25,871 nt of DNA, taken from positions 1 through 25,871 of the IMG/VR virus record IMGVR_UViG_3300017777_004452, one strand, 5' to 3'. Under the pieces are notes generated by a model, which saw nothing but the letters and a program-made list of their open reading frames with translations, made no database searches and was not told where the DNA came from. A program made the translations under genes and the position numbers. Below are positions 1 to 9,952 of this stretch, piece by piece (position 1 is the first letter of the stretch; every line of letters begins with the position of its first letter). This DNA is from a virus. Lineage: Duplodnaviria > Caudoviricetes.

Positions 1-3000
1 ATAAATGTTAAGCTGACTTACATCATCAAGATTTAATGCAGCCATATACTGTCTAGGTCTAAATCCAATTAGTCCATAACTCAATAAGTCATTGTCAGCA
101 ATCAAATTGGCTGAATTGATGTTGTAGCTGTTGCTGAGTTGATCAGCTTTGTTTGCAAGGTTGGCCAGCAATCCTTGTTCGATAAATGTGTAGTCACTCT
201 GATTCCAATCATTATAATTGAACTTGGTGCTAGGTTGTACAATTGTAGCTGCACTCCAGTATGCACCTTTGTACTTTACTATCTCGCCTTTGGCATAAGT
301 TTTTAACCCAGTCCATGTTAAAACATTATTTTGATTTAATATAAAACCTGGTGCATTAACACTGCCGTCCCATTCTGTAGTGGTAGTTCCGTTAATGTAC
401 AATCTACTTTGTCTAGATCCAGTAACAGGATTGAAAATCAAATCGCCAAACAAACTGGCGTTGTCCATGACAATCATACTTTCAAAACTGGTATAACGCA
501 TGTCAATGAAACTTAGACTTTGAGTGGTCAACGGTTGAATAGTAAAGGTGTTATCAGCTCGCACAATGTTGAGATCGCGTGTGGGGAAATCTCTACGGTT
601 CTGATCTAGTATGGCATTTTCTGCAGTTTGTGATGAAATAGTATCCACCACTGCTTGTTCTTTGAATACTGAAAGTTCCTGAGCCAATGGATTTAGATTA
701 ATTAAACTGCCAGTACCCCAGCCCTGCTGGCTCCAGTATATAAACTCGTACACCATCTGTGACCAGGTCATCAAGTAGCCATTGGTTTGATTGTTAAATT
801 CAAAACCTTGTGATTCTAACAACTTTCCATAACTCAATAAAAAGTTGGCCACAGCAGATTCAGTAGCAAACACAAATCCGTATGGAATCTGCGTAATATT
901 TTGTGTGTAGTTGGCTGGCACTTGAATGGTCTTGCCAGCCACGCTGTACGTTTCAAATTGCCCAACTGGAATGCTGGTAAGTGTGTTAAAATATGGTCTA
1001 GCAGTGCTGTAACCAAATACTGCATAACCACTATCAACAACTTGAATTACCACAGAACTGTAGATTAACCTGTCAAATGGTTGATTCTTGTACACCAGCA
1101 GTTGATAACTCTCTGGCGGAATTTGCAAAGAGGCATTAGTTGAATTGGGGCTGGACTTCTCAGTGTAAATTTTCAAATACTGTTTGTCAGAGAATGCCGC
1201 CATTCTATAGCACAGTCGCACATCAAGATTTTGTAAATCTGTTTCTAATGCCGCAGTGCTGTTGGTGCCTGTAATACGATTGTAATCCACAATCCAGTTG
1301 ATGTAGCTGGCCTTGCTGGTGCCGTCGCCATACACTTGTACGCCGTTGGCGTCTAATCTGTAACGACCATTATACAAGTACTGATCAAATTCTGTACTGT
1401 ATTTGTACAAGTCTCTGTCAGCAAACAACGCAAAGAATTTTGCTGGACGAGTGAGTGCCAGCAATCGCATGGCAGTAAATGGATAGTCACTAGAATTCCA
1501 CCACGAAGCTTCTACTGGTCCGCCATCACCGGGTGTCCAACTCTTTTGGAATGACAATGCATTGTTGTATCCGCCTACTACTGAATCTAGTGGCGCCAAT
1601 AATGCACCAGCTGAGTCAGTTGGAAGTACAGAAGTTAGTCCAGGTCTTGCATAGGCTGGTAATGTATATGCTCCAATTGGATCTCTCACAAGACCAAGTT
1701 CTAAATCATCCCACAAATTCATGTTATCAGATGTGTACGGTGCAGGTCCGTATGTGATTTCCCACCACTCAGGTATGACTGAGAAGCCTAGCATTTCCCA
1801 AGGAGTCAATTCTGGTTGTTGAGTATCGTAGAAGTACCGGTTGATGCCGCGCCAGGCGCCAGGCAATGTATCTCCGTTGAGTTTGTTGGTTGAGGAACTG
1901 TAGTTGTAGGTAAACGGATTATTAACACTGTAGTTTTGTGCAGTATAATCCAACTTGTTCCATCCCACATAAGTCAAAAAGTTTGTTTCAAGTATGGTGT
2001 TGATTTCGGCAACACTATACCCAGTATCTCTGAACTGCCCCGGTAGCACATCCACTATGTCAAGGGGTACAGGATTGTCATCTAACTTGATATTGTTATA
2101 AATTCTAGTTTCAAATTCTAACAACACTTCATCGCGGATGTCACCAAAGATAGGAGTTTGACTGCCGTCATGGCCTAATATAACCAGTTGTTCACCTGCA
2201 CTGGTTTTTACTGGAATAATAGCTGGACGCCAAGCAGGATACAATCCCATCTTGCTGGGTGTGTTGGGCACATAGGTACCGTAAGTGGCACTGTATTCTT
2301 GAATGACAATCTTGTCACCAAACGCCAGATCAATCAATATATTAATGCGTGGACCGTCAGTGGCCACTGTGTATTCCAACTCTCTAGTCAAAATTTCATC
2401 GTTAACATACACATTCATACCAAGATAGTTGGCTGACGTATAGTTATAAATTTGCACAGTATCAAATACCTGGCTGGTTGTATAATTTACTGTGTACGTG
2501 GTAGTTGTAAACACAGCAGTTGCCGGCAGCATGTCACTCCAATAGAATGGATTGCTTGATGTGCGGCCTAGAGTAATTTCGCCAATGACTATATCAAGCA
2601 CTTGTGACGCAGTTTCATACTGAATAGTTTGTCTGGTCACTGCTTCCAGCATTTGATTTTTGTACTTTTGATATTCTCTACTGTTGTATTCTAACGCACC
2701 AAAAATATTGTACTGCTGAGATCTCATAAAGTATCCAGCAAGTGTGAGTGGCGAACTTTGTTGTAAGATTATCTGACCATAAGGTATGATATTACCAAGG
2801 TCTCTAGTGTTGTTGGTACCATTGATTGCGCCAGAGAATGTGGTTAAATTTTGGCAGATACTTTGATAATGTGTGCGCAATGTACCCAAGGTAAAACTGG
2901 GACTGTTGGCGTTTAGTGGATTGTTATTGAGATTTAACGGAACTTGATAAAAAGCTACCTGACTAATTTGATCACTTAGTGCTTCAACTTCGATGACATC

Positions 3001-6000
3001 TCCTACTACATGTGCAGTATTAAAAGTAATGGTTGTGGTATTAGCTGTAGTAGCCACTGTGTATGTGCCTGGATCTTGAAAAATTGATCCTACAAAAATT
3101 TTCACACTAGGCACTATAGTTACTGTATCAGACTGTACTGCTACGTCGAGTCTCAATGGGCCAGTGTCATAGATAAATTTAAACTGCTGACTCATTAAGG
3201 TTGGTACTACAGCCGTTTGCCAACCAATTAATCTCTCGTACACAGTTCTTGACGCATACTTATAAACAAATCCTGAACTGATTGGCAAAGTAACACTGGC
3301 ATTGTCGACCACATACACAAATGTATCTGAATACAAATTGTTATCAAACACAATATCTCCTACATTGGTCAATGTGAAGTATTTGAGTACAAGCTGTAAC
3401 ACTGGATCAGTAGTACCTGATCCAGTAGCGTAGCTAAACAATTTTGTGCCAAAGAAGGTTGAACTAGGGTATGTAGTTCTGTTAGACAAACTTACCCCAT
3501 TTGCATCATACACATCAAACAATGGTGCTTGTTGTACTGCGGTTTTTTGCTGTGCTTCTAACCAATTTACACCATCATACCAAAAAGTAACACCAACTTG
3601 TGATCCGCCAAGGCATACTGTATTCTGATTGGTTAAAATTTCTCCGTCAACTGCTTCTACCAAATTTATAATTGGTTGTGCAATTAACGGTGCCACTGTA
3701 TCTGGTATAATAAAATTTACCACATAAATTTTACTGCGTACAGCTGGATCCTCGTCGGCTGCAAAAATTACACGGCTACCATTGACAAATGTATAATCAT
3801 TCACTGAATATTCAGTGCTACCTTCTACATTACTAAACGCATCAGTTTCGGTAAAGTCAATGGTATCCACTGGCTGTTCGGCTGCTGTTCCCATGTTATA
3901 CAGTCTGATACCACCCCGGAATTGTATAATTGGTCGTTTGGCTTTTTGATCGCTATCTATCACAACTGGTGTGTCGTTATATGCGCCGGTGGCATTTAGA
4001 ACATCAATATGGAACCAACGATTGCTACGGCTCCAGGCATTTAGGTCTGGACTCTCTCGACTGATAGTAAGGTAATCAACAGCAGCAGAGGTGGCATATT
4101 CTTCTGGCGTGATGTAATTTTCTACAGGTAACAGTTCTATTGCAGTTCCTACTCCACTCACATAGTATTGTGGATTTTGACTAGAAGTAGCAGTCATTGT
4201 ACCACTGGCAGAAGTTAACGTTAGTGCTGGGCCATTTTTAGTTACACTTACTTTGAATTGACTAGTGCTAAAAACTGTGTGAACATAATAAGTTACACCT
4301 GTGCTCACGCCGCCAAATGGCGTGCCAGTAAAAATAACTTCTTGTCCTACTGCCATTCCTGTTGTGGATTCTGTGGTAATGAGATTAATACCTGCCGCGG
4401 TGTTTGTGCAAATAAAAGCAGTAGACCCAGTGGCATAACTGGCTGGTAACACATTTCCCAAGAATTGAACTTTTAGTCCATTAGTAAACACCACACCATT
4501 TGAGCTGGTGTAGTTGGCATTACCCAAAATATCATCTATGTAAACTGTGCTGTCGTTTTCTTGCTCGATCAATCGTATGGTGCCAAAAATTTCTGGATCA
4601 GTACCATCTTGGTAATACAAAGTATCCAATTTAGCAGTCAGCACTGGAATTTCAATTATGTAGCCGGTTTGATTTTTATACCATTGTGTGCTGGCATAAT
4701 CTGTGCCATATCGTATGGTCCATTTTTCCAAGTTGTTTATAATTTGTATACTGGCCAATGAAAGGTAGGTGAAGTCACCAACTGTGACATAACTTATACG
4801 CCAGAGATTGTAGTAATCAGTAGCAGGATTGCCTAATGAATTAACAAACACCAGAGTTCTTGTGTTAAGTCCAGTTATTCCATCAATGCCGCCATAGGTA
4901 GCAATAAACTGATCTAGTCTTGCACCATCAATGTCTTCAAAATTTAGATCAGTCACAAGATCTACAGTACCAAGGCTAGTAAGACTATAATAAAAATCTT
5001 GTGCTGTTTTTTGTGGCACGTTGAAATTAATTGTTCCAAGATCAAGCCCATTGTCAGTTGCGCCATATATAGATCTAGAGCTTATGTTTGGAGTAACAGG
5101 ATTTTCACCGCTTACTCCTGGATTTGTTTGAATCCAAAATCCTGGTCCGTCGCCGGGCTGAGCGTCAATCACGCTGATAGTGCCGCGCATGAGACTTTGA
5201 TTTTGACAAGAGTAATATAGTGTGTTAGGTGCATCTTGTGGCACAGTAAATGTCACTACACCAGTTGTTGACCCATTGCGTGTGACTCCTGAGTTGTAGG
5301 CATCACCTGTGCCTGTGGTAGCAGCAGTTTTAATCCAGAATGGAAAGTCACCTTGCAAAAACAAATTGAAAGTATAGGTGTTGCCACGAGTTAAAATAAC
5401 AGTGGCGTTGGGTTCATTGTCAATATTATAACTGGTAACGTTGGTACGTGTTACTCGATAATTCACAGACTCTTTGGCATTCTGCGCCACTTGGAATGTG
5501 TAGTTGCCACCTCTAACTAAATTTAGTGTGGGATTGTTTCCAGTGACACCCGAAAATGTGTAAACTCCATTGGCTCTGTTAACAGTAAAATTTTGACTTA
5601 AGGCCACACCCGGAGATTGTACTGTCACTACATCTGGCCCGGTTGGAACCCAGTAGTATTGACTGAAGTTTACAAATGTATCAAAATCTATAAACGGATC
5701 AAATGTGTAATAATCACTGGTGTACAATCTGCTAGGCTGTGTTGATGGACTGCCTTGGTATACCAATGAGTCAGTTATGCCCGGATAGGTAATAGCATCT
5801 ATTATTTTGTTATTGTCTGCAGGGTCAACACTGATCACCCCAGGTTCAAGTTGATAGTCAACACGAGTTTTGCTAGGCTCAAGAACATATTTGTCATTGG
5901 GATTTACCCCCGGCCCAACTGTGCGGCCAATGTAACCTTGAGTCTTTTTAAACTTTGGCTCTTGAATCAACTGATCCAAAGTAGCAGCCAAGAATTGCTT

Positions 6001-6057
6001 GTTGGCGTCAGTCTGAAAAATTTCAGGAAGAAAATCTACTGAGCGTACTTTTGCCAT
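1..6057 (-). CDS. Giant virion structural protein, probably a baseplate wedge protein (gp7-like by position); partial, >2019 aa, runs off the left edge
   Basis: Not in the ORF track. The ATG at 6057-6055 overlaps the upstream stop (TAATG) and reads MAKVRSVDFLPEIFQTDANKQFLAATLDQLIQEPKFKKTQGYIGR. The same frame still reads as protein at the edge (...MAALNLDDVSQLNIY) and in spot checks at 4981-5580. The track lists no closed ORF from this start, which implies no internal stop. Composition is Thr/Asn/Val/Tyr-rich and it follows the gp6-like gene. The gp7 label is inferred from synteny only. Confidence 0.85.
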   Translation of the reverse strand, partial: MAKVRSVDFLPEIFQTDANKQFLAATLDQLIQEPKFKKTQGYIGRTVGPGVNPNDKYVLEPSKTRVDYQLEPGVISVDPADNNKIIDAITYPGITDSLVYQGSPSTQPSRLYTSDYYTFDPFIDFDTFVNFSQYYWVPTGPDVVTVQSPGVALSQNFTVNRANGVYTFSGVTGNNPTLNLVRGGNYTFQVAQNAKESVNYRVTRTNVTSYNIDNEPNATVILTRGNTYTFNLFLQGDFPFWIKTAATTGTGDAYNSGVTRNGSTTGVVTFTVPQDAPNTLYYSCQNQSLMRGTISVIDAQPGDGPGFWIQTNPGVSGENPVTPNISSRSIYGATDNGLDLGTINFNVPQKTAQDFYYSLTSLGTVDLVTDLNFEDIDGARLDQFIATYGGIDGITGLNTRTLVFVNSLGNPATDYYNLWRISYVTVGDFTYLSLASIQIINNLEKWTIRYGTDYASTQWYKNQTGYIIEIPVLTAKLDTLYYQDGTDPEIFGTIRLIEQENDSTVYIDDILGNANYTSSNGVVFTNGLKVQFLGNVLPASYATGSTAFICTNTAAGINLITTESTTGMAVGQEVIFTGTPFGGVSTGVTYYVHTVFSTSQFKVSVTKNGPALTLTSASGTMTATSSQNPQYYVSGVGTAIELLPVENYITPEEYATSAAVDYLTISRESPDLNAWSRSNRWFHIDVLNATGAYNDTPVVIDSDQKAKRPIIQFRGGIRLYNMGTAAEQPVDTIDFTETDAFSNVEGSTEYSVNDYTFVNGSRVIFAADEDPAVRSKIYVVNFIIPDTVAPLIAQPIINLVEAVDGEILTNQNTVCLGGSQVGVTFWYDGVNWLEAQQKTAVQQAPLFDVYDANGVSLSNRTTYPSSTFFGTKLFSYATGSGTTDPVLQLVLKYFTLTNVGDIVFDNNLYSDTFVYVVDNASVTLPISSGFVYKYASRTVYERLIGWQTAVVPTLMSQQFKFIYDTGPLRLDVAVQSDTVTIVPSVKIFVGSIFQDPGTYTVATTANTTTITFNTAHVVGDVIEVEALSDQISQVAFYQVPLNLNNNPLNANSPSFTLGTLRTHYQSICQNLTTFSGAINGTNNTRDLGNIIPYGQIILQQSSPLTLAGYFMRSQQYNIFGALEYNSREYQKYKNQMLEAVTRQTIQYETASQVLDIVIGEITLGRTSSNPFYWSDMLPATAVFTTTTYTVNYTTSQVFDTVQIYNYTSANYLGMNVYVNDEILTRELEYTVATDGPRINILIDLAFGDKIVIQEYSATYGTYVPNTPSKMGLYPAWRPAIIPVKTSAGEQLVILGHDGSQTPIFGDIRDEVLLEFETRIYNNIKLDDNPVPLDIVDVLPGQFRDTGYSVAEINTILETNFLTYVGWNKLDYTAQNYSVNNPFTYNYSSSTNKLNGDTLPGAWRGINRYFYDTQQPELTPWEMLGFSVIPEWWEITYGPAPYTSDNMNLWDDLELGLVRDPIGAYTLPAYARPGLTSVLPTDSAGALLAPLDSVVGGYNNALSFQKSWTPGDGGPVEASWWNSSDYPFTAMRLLALTRPAKFFALFADRDLYKYSTEFDQYLYNGRYRLDANGVQVYGDGTSKASYINWIVDYNRITGTNSTAALETDLQNLDVRLCYRMAAFSDKQYLKIYTEKSSPNSTNASLQIPPESYQLLVYKNQPFDRLIYSSVVIQVVDSGYAVFGYSTARPYFNTLTSIPVGQFETYSVAGKTIQVPANYTQNITQIPYGFVFATESAVANFLLSYGKLLESQGFEFNNQTNGYLMTWSQMVYEFIYWSQQGWGTGSLINLNPLAQELSVFKEQAVVDTISSQTAENAILDQNRRDFPTRDLNIVRADNTFTIQPLTTQSLSFIDMRYTSFESMIVMDNASLFGDLIFNPVTGSRQSRLYINGTTTTEWDGSVNAPGFILNQNNVLTWTGLKTYAKGEIVKYKGAYWSAATIVQPSTKFNYNDWNQSDYTFIEQGLLANLANKADQLSNSYNINSANLIADNDLLSYGLIGFRPRQYMAALNLDDVSQLNIY

Positions 6058-9000
6058 TAAATTACTCCGCTACCAGGTGCAGTACGCAAATTGGTACTGG
6101 TCAATGCATCAATCACAATGATATTGTCGATAGTAGCGCCGTTGACAAATATTTCACTGGGTTCTGCTCGCACTTCGTACATGTCGCCAAAGTATTTTTG
6201 TGTGTCTAGTGGCACCAGTACCACTGAACTGATTATGGTTCCAAGATATCTGTGCAGGTATGCTGCCAGCTCTGAGAAATAAAATGTGTCTCCAAAACTC
6301 CATTTGTCAATGCTAAAATACTCATTCATAGCAGCCAACACAGAACTTTGTATTTCACTATTGCTGGCTGTGGAATTCTGAGCACGAATAACTTTGATTG
6401 TGGCTTGCAATGTCTTGGCTGCTTTGGGCCCAAACAATGGTTTGAACACTACAGAATTTAAAATAATGTTATCACTCAACATTTTGTATTCATTGAGATT
6501 TTGATATTCTGTGCTGAGTGCATCAATAGTTGGCACATCTGGTTCAGACACAGTGCCAGTGGTATCTTTAATCCAATTTTGATATGCAGTGTAGTAGGCC
6601 TGGGTCACAACATACAAGTCAATGATGTTGGTAGTGCCTGGATCAATTCTGTTGGTCAATGGTGAATTATGACGGTACTGGAAATACAGCGCCTGGCGTC
6701 CTGTTCTGGCAATCCACTCACCTTCTGCAGTTTGAGTTATGACTCTAGTGCCGGCAGTATTGATTGTTAATGTGTAAAATAATTCATCACTATAACCATA
6801 AAACACCTGACCAGGGGAATACTGGAATTTCACCAGTTCGATGGAATCATATGTAGGATAGTCTGAATTGACCACACCGGGCTCTACTAACAAGTATCGT
6901 TGCAGATTATCAAAATCCACAGTTTGTTGTAAGAATATCAATTTAAGATTAGGAGTAACACTTGGAGCAACAATTTCATTGAAAAAATCTGGATTATCGG
7001 GCACGCCATCTGAGTCGGAATCTCTATAGCTGATCAATACCTGGAAGTCATCAACGTAGCCATCAGACTCTACAGGCTGGCCAATGATAGTGGTATAAAT
7101 GTCTCCGGGCAATGGAGACGAACTGTCCGGTTTGGTGTTTACTGCCAGCACGTTAATAAAATCTTTGATTGTGGTTCCTGACCGACTGTCGTAGATTTTT
7201 TGATTGCCGTAAAAGAAAAATCTTGTTTGCAGTACTGAACCAAAATAATAAGCAAGTCCTCGGAACGTGATTGTGTATTTGTTGTCCACTGCCACAAACT
7301 GCACCAACCACGAAGCATCTAAATTTTGCCCAGAGGTGTTACCTGCATATGTCTGGCTCCAAGTGGCATCGGCATCTAAGTTGGTACTTGTGATAATATA
7401 CCAAGTGCCGGCGGTACCTGTAATGTCACCGTCGTTGTCGTACCCAAGACCAAAATTTCTATATAACAAAATTTGTTGTGTAATTTCTTCACGAATAGTA
7501 GTGCTTAGGTCAGTAAGGAATACAGGAATAATACTGTCTACAATTGCCCCAGTGGGTACAAAATTATTGAGTGCTACTGGACCTTGCCCATTGGTCAGAT
7601 TGCCAACCCCGCCATTACTGCCGTCACCAACTATGGCAAGAGGACTGGCCCAAATTTCCAAATGATCTTCGGGTCTAGTTGGCAAGCCTGCTTTGAGTCT
7701 ATTGTTGGCATCAAAGTAATAGGGTTGACCGTTAATTACTGGGGGTATAAATTTAATTAAACTTTTTTGTGCCACATATTTAAATGCAGTACTGCTGGAG
7801 GTTCCGACCATGACTGGAGAACCTAACGCATTTTCAAAATACCCAGTGGTCTCATTGGCCAATGTTGTGCTTTGGTGCCAACTGCTGAGTGCGGTAGTAC
7901 CGGTGTTTACAGTTATCCTTGGAAAATTTGCATAATAAAATTGTTTGAATGTAGCGTCGGCAATAGCAGGCTGTACTTGATTGCTAATAAGTTCGGCAAT
8001 TTCGTTGCGGTTGGTCCAGGCAAACAATGTAGCAGGCAAAATATTATTTTCCCACATGGCACCATCACTGGAGAATGTGTTGGTTGATGAATATTTGCCT
8101 GTGTTATCTACCAAGTCTAAATATCGGCTGGTACCAATTGATGCACGATTTACTGCTTTTGATTTGATAATAGAGTTGTAAAGAGTAAACGGAAACAGAT
8201 TGTAGTCTTCGCCGTTGACCATGCGATTTTGTGTGTAGTATCTAGCAGGCGCACGTTGTTTGATAGCATCAATACTTTCCCGACTCTGTGCATTACTTAC
8301 TGGTTGAGTGATGCCACATGTAAATGTCATAGTTTGAATATTACCATTGCGGTCAATATAACTGATTGGTAATACCACGTTTTGCATTTCAGCAGGATTG
8401 ATAATATATTGCAAGCCATTGCTTGCACGAACATACGCACGGAAGATGCCTACCGGAATTTCTGAAAACACGCCATCACCAAACACCATGGTAATCTGAT
8501 CATTGGTTCTACTGGTGGTAGAAAAAATTGGTCTTAGTGTTGCAGTTTGTTCAGCAGCTGACGAATAAATGTTTTCAGTAAATGTCCACTCCCGACTGAT
8601 ACTGCCCACATTGTCTAACTGAAATAGCCAACGGTCATCGTTGTTCACACCTTCAATATTGATGTTTACTGTGCGATTGGCAATGCGTTCAGCCAAGTTA
8701 AAGTCTTGATTTTGCAATGTACCTTGTTTGAAGAAAAAGAAGTATCCATTGTTGGCACTTTGGTACCCCAATTGGTCATTGCGATACAGCACATTAAATG
8801 CAGTATTGGGTTTTGGACTGGGTTCGTAGATATAATCTGTACCAGCTGTGGTCGAAGTTGTGGCTTCAAAAGGCATGTTCACACCATCCACAGTAGCCGT
8901 ATAAGGAATCACTGGCAAGAATCCAGGCACCAAGTTAATACCATATTCGCTAGTATCCACACCCAGAATAGTTTGACGATTTGACGGGCGACCAATTTTT

Positions 9001-9503
9001 TGACTGCTGACCAAGGATGAATTAACAATAGCGTTCCACTGTTCTAGCCAGTCAAAGTTTGTGGGGTCAGCCCAGTTTACTGTGACGTTGGCCAGATTAA
9101 CTCCGTTGTAATCCACAACGTTTTCTGTTGTGGTCACTGAGAACGCTTTGAGTAAGCCTTGGGCGGCTGTGTTGCGTTTGGCAGTGTAGCTAACAAGATT
9201 GGCCAGGCGAGTAACTGAATCTCTACGTTCTGCTGTGTCTAAGTAGTTTTCTCTTGTGTTTAGGTCAGTGCGGAAGGCTAGAGCCTGTCCCATAAACGCA
9301 ATAACGTCTAATAAAGCAATGTATTCTGATGATTCAATATAGTCATTGAATGTTTCTGGATAGTACAAACGCAGGTAATCGGTAAAACTCTTGCGTAGAG
9401 TTTCAAAGTCATAGCTTTGGAAGTCTGCTTCGCGATAGGTTTGATAGATTTGTTTCCAATCTTCTACACCAAATATCGCTGTTTGTCTAGTGGTTTTTGC
9501 CAT
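6057..9503 (-). CDS. Baseplate wedge subunit, T4 gp6/baseplate-J-like (1148 aa)
   Basis: N-terminal DFQSYDFETLRKSF...FNDYIESSEYIALLDVIAF...ENYLDTAERRDSV..LANLVSY, then VFGDGVFSEIP and ESIDAIKQRAPARYYTQNRMVNGEDY, match gp6/J hallmark segments. It lies next to gp25. Confidence 0.85.
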   Translation of the reverse strand: MAKTTRQTAIFGVEDWKQIYQTYREADFQSYDFETLRKSFTDYLRLYYPETFNDYIESSEYIALLDVIAFMGQALAFRTDLNTRENYLDTAERRDSVTRLANLVSYTAKRNTAAQGLLKAFSVTTTENVVDYNGVNLANVTVNWADPTNFDWLEQWNAIVNSSLVSSQKIGRPSNRQTILGVDTSEYGINLVPGFLPVIPYTATVDGVNMPFEATTSTTAGTDYIYEPSPKPNTAFNVLYRNDQLGYQSANNGYFFFFKQGTLQNQDFNLAERIANRTVNINIEGVNNDDRWLFQLDNVGSISREWTFTENIYSSAAEQTATLRPIFSTTSRTNDQITMVFGDGVFSEIPVGIFRAYVRASNGLQYIINPAEMQNVVLPISYIDRNGNIQTMTFTCGITQPVSNAQSRESIDAIKQRAPARYYTQNRMVNGEDYNLFPFTLYNSIIKSKAVNRASIGTSRYLDLVDNTGKYSSTNTFSSDGAMWENNILPATLFAWTNRNEIAELISNQVQPAIADATFKQFYYANFPRITVNTGTTALSSWHQSTTLANETTGYFENALGSPVMVGTSSSTAFKYVAQKSLIKFIPPVINGQPYYFDANNRLKAGLPTRPEDHLEIWASPLAIVGDGSNGGVGNLTNGQGPVALNNFVPTGAIVDSIIPVFLTDLSTTIREEITQQILLYRNFGLGYDNDGDITGTAGTWYIITSTNLDADATWSQTYAGNTSGQNLDASWLVQFVAVDNKYTITFRGLAYYFGSVLQTRFFFYGNQKIYDSRSGTTIKDFINVLAVNTKPDSSSPLPGDIYTTIIGQPVESDGYVDDFQVLISYRDSDSDGVPDNPDFFNEIVAPSVTPNLKLIFLQQTVDFDNLQRYLLVEPGVVNSDYPTYDSIELVKFQYSPGQVFYGYSDELFYTLTINTAGTRVITQTAEGEWIARTGRQALYFQYRHNSPLTNRIDPGTTNIIDLYVVTQAYYTAYQNWIKDTTGTVSEPDVPTIDALSTEYQNLNEYKMLSDNIILNSVVFKPLFGPKAAKTLQATIKVIRAQNSTASNSEIQSSVLAAMNEYFSIDKWSFGDTFYFSELAAYLHRYLGTIISSVVLVPLDTQKYFGDMYEVRAEPSEIFVNGATIDNIIVIDALTSTNLRTAPGSGVI

Positions 9504-9531
9504 TGCGTCTGGGCCTTGTATTCTTTATCTG

Positions 9532-9561
9532 TTATTTATGTAGATAAAAAACGGCGTAGTT
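9532..9561 (-). promoter_or_regulatory. Putative late promoter (TAAATA core plus upstream AACT-N2-GCCGTTTTT element) for the gp6-like gene
   Basis: The minus strand reads AACTacGCCGTTTTTtatctacaTAAATAA. TAAATA resembles the T4 gp55 promoter TATAAATA, and the same motif recurs at 17941-17970. Confidence 0.6.
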
Positions 9562-9934
9562 ATACGTAGCTGGCCGAACGGCTGACTTGATTGAAGAACA
9601 CATTCAGTATTTCGGCATTAACACCGCCTACAGTCTGTATTTCTAATTCAATCAGCATGCCATTTTCTTGTGGATACACATTGATGTTGCTGATGAATAT
9701 TCTGGGATCGCCACCAGCCACTCGTTGCACTTCATTCACAATGCCTTGTTGAACAGCGTCAACTTGATTTTCAAACAAGTAGTTCCACAGTATTGTACCA
9801 TACGCAGGACGTCCAGGCAATTGTCCTTGGCGAATGTTAAACGCATTCAAGAGATCGCGTTTGACCAATTCAAAGTCCACAAGTGTGAATTTTTTGTATT
9901 GATTCTGTGTGTTAAAGCCAACAAAGGTAGTCAT
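9560..9934 (-). CDS. Baseplate wedge / sheath initiator, gp25/GPW-like (124 aa)
   Basis: LVDFELVKRDLLNAFNIRQGQLPGRPAYGTILWNYLFE...DPRI fits the gp25 pattern (GE/Q-x-P-x-YG...LFE...EPR/DPR). Size and position also fit. Confidence 0.85.
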   Translation of the reverse strand: MTTFVGFNTQNQYKKFTLVDFELVKRDLLNAFNIRQGQLPGRPAYGTILWNYLFENQVDAVQQGIVNEVQRVAGGDPRIFISNINVYPQENGMLIELEIQTVGGVNAEILNVFFNQVSRSASYV

Positions 9935-9939
9935 ATCTA

Positions 9940-9949
9940 TATTTATTTA
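9940..9949 (-). promoter_or_regulatory. Putative late promoter core (two overlapping TAAATA) just before the gp25 start
   Basis: The minus strand reads TAAATAAATAtagatATG, with no Shine-Dalgarno between the motif and the ATG. Confidence 0.45.
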
Positions 9950-9952
9950 AAA

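Noticed and set aside
834-6282. Short ORFs listed in the track over the first 6 kb
   Set aside because: They are antisense or off-frame shadows of the giant minus-strand CDS (and the gp6-like end) and have no recognisable motifs.
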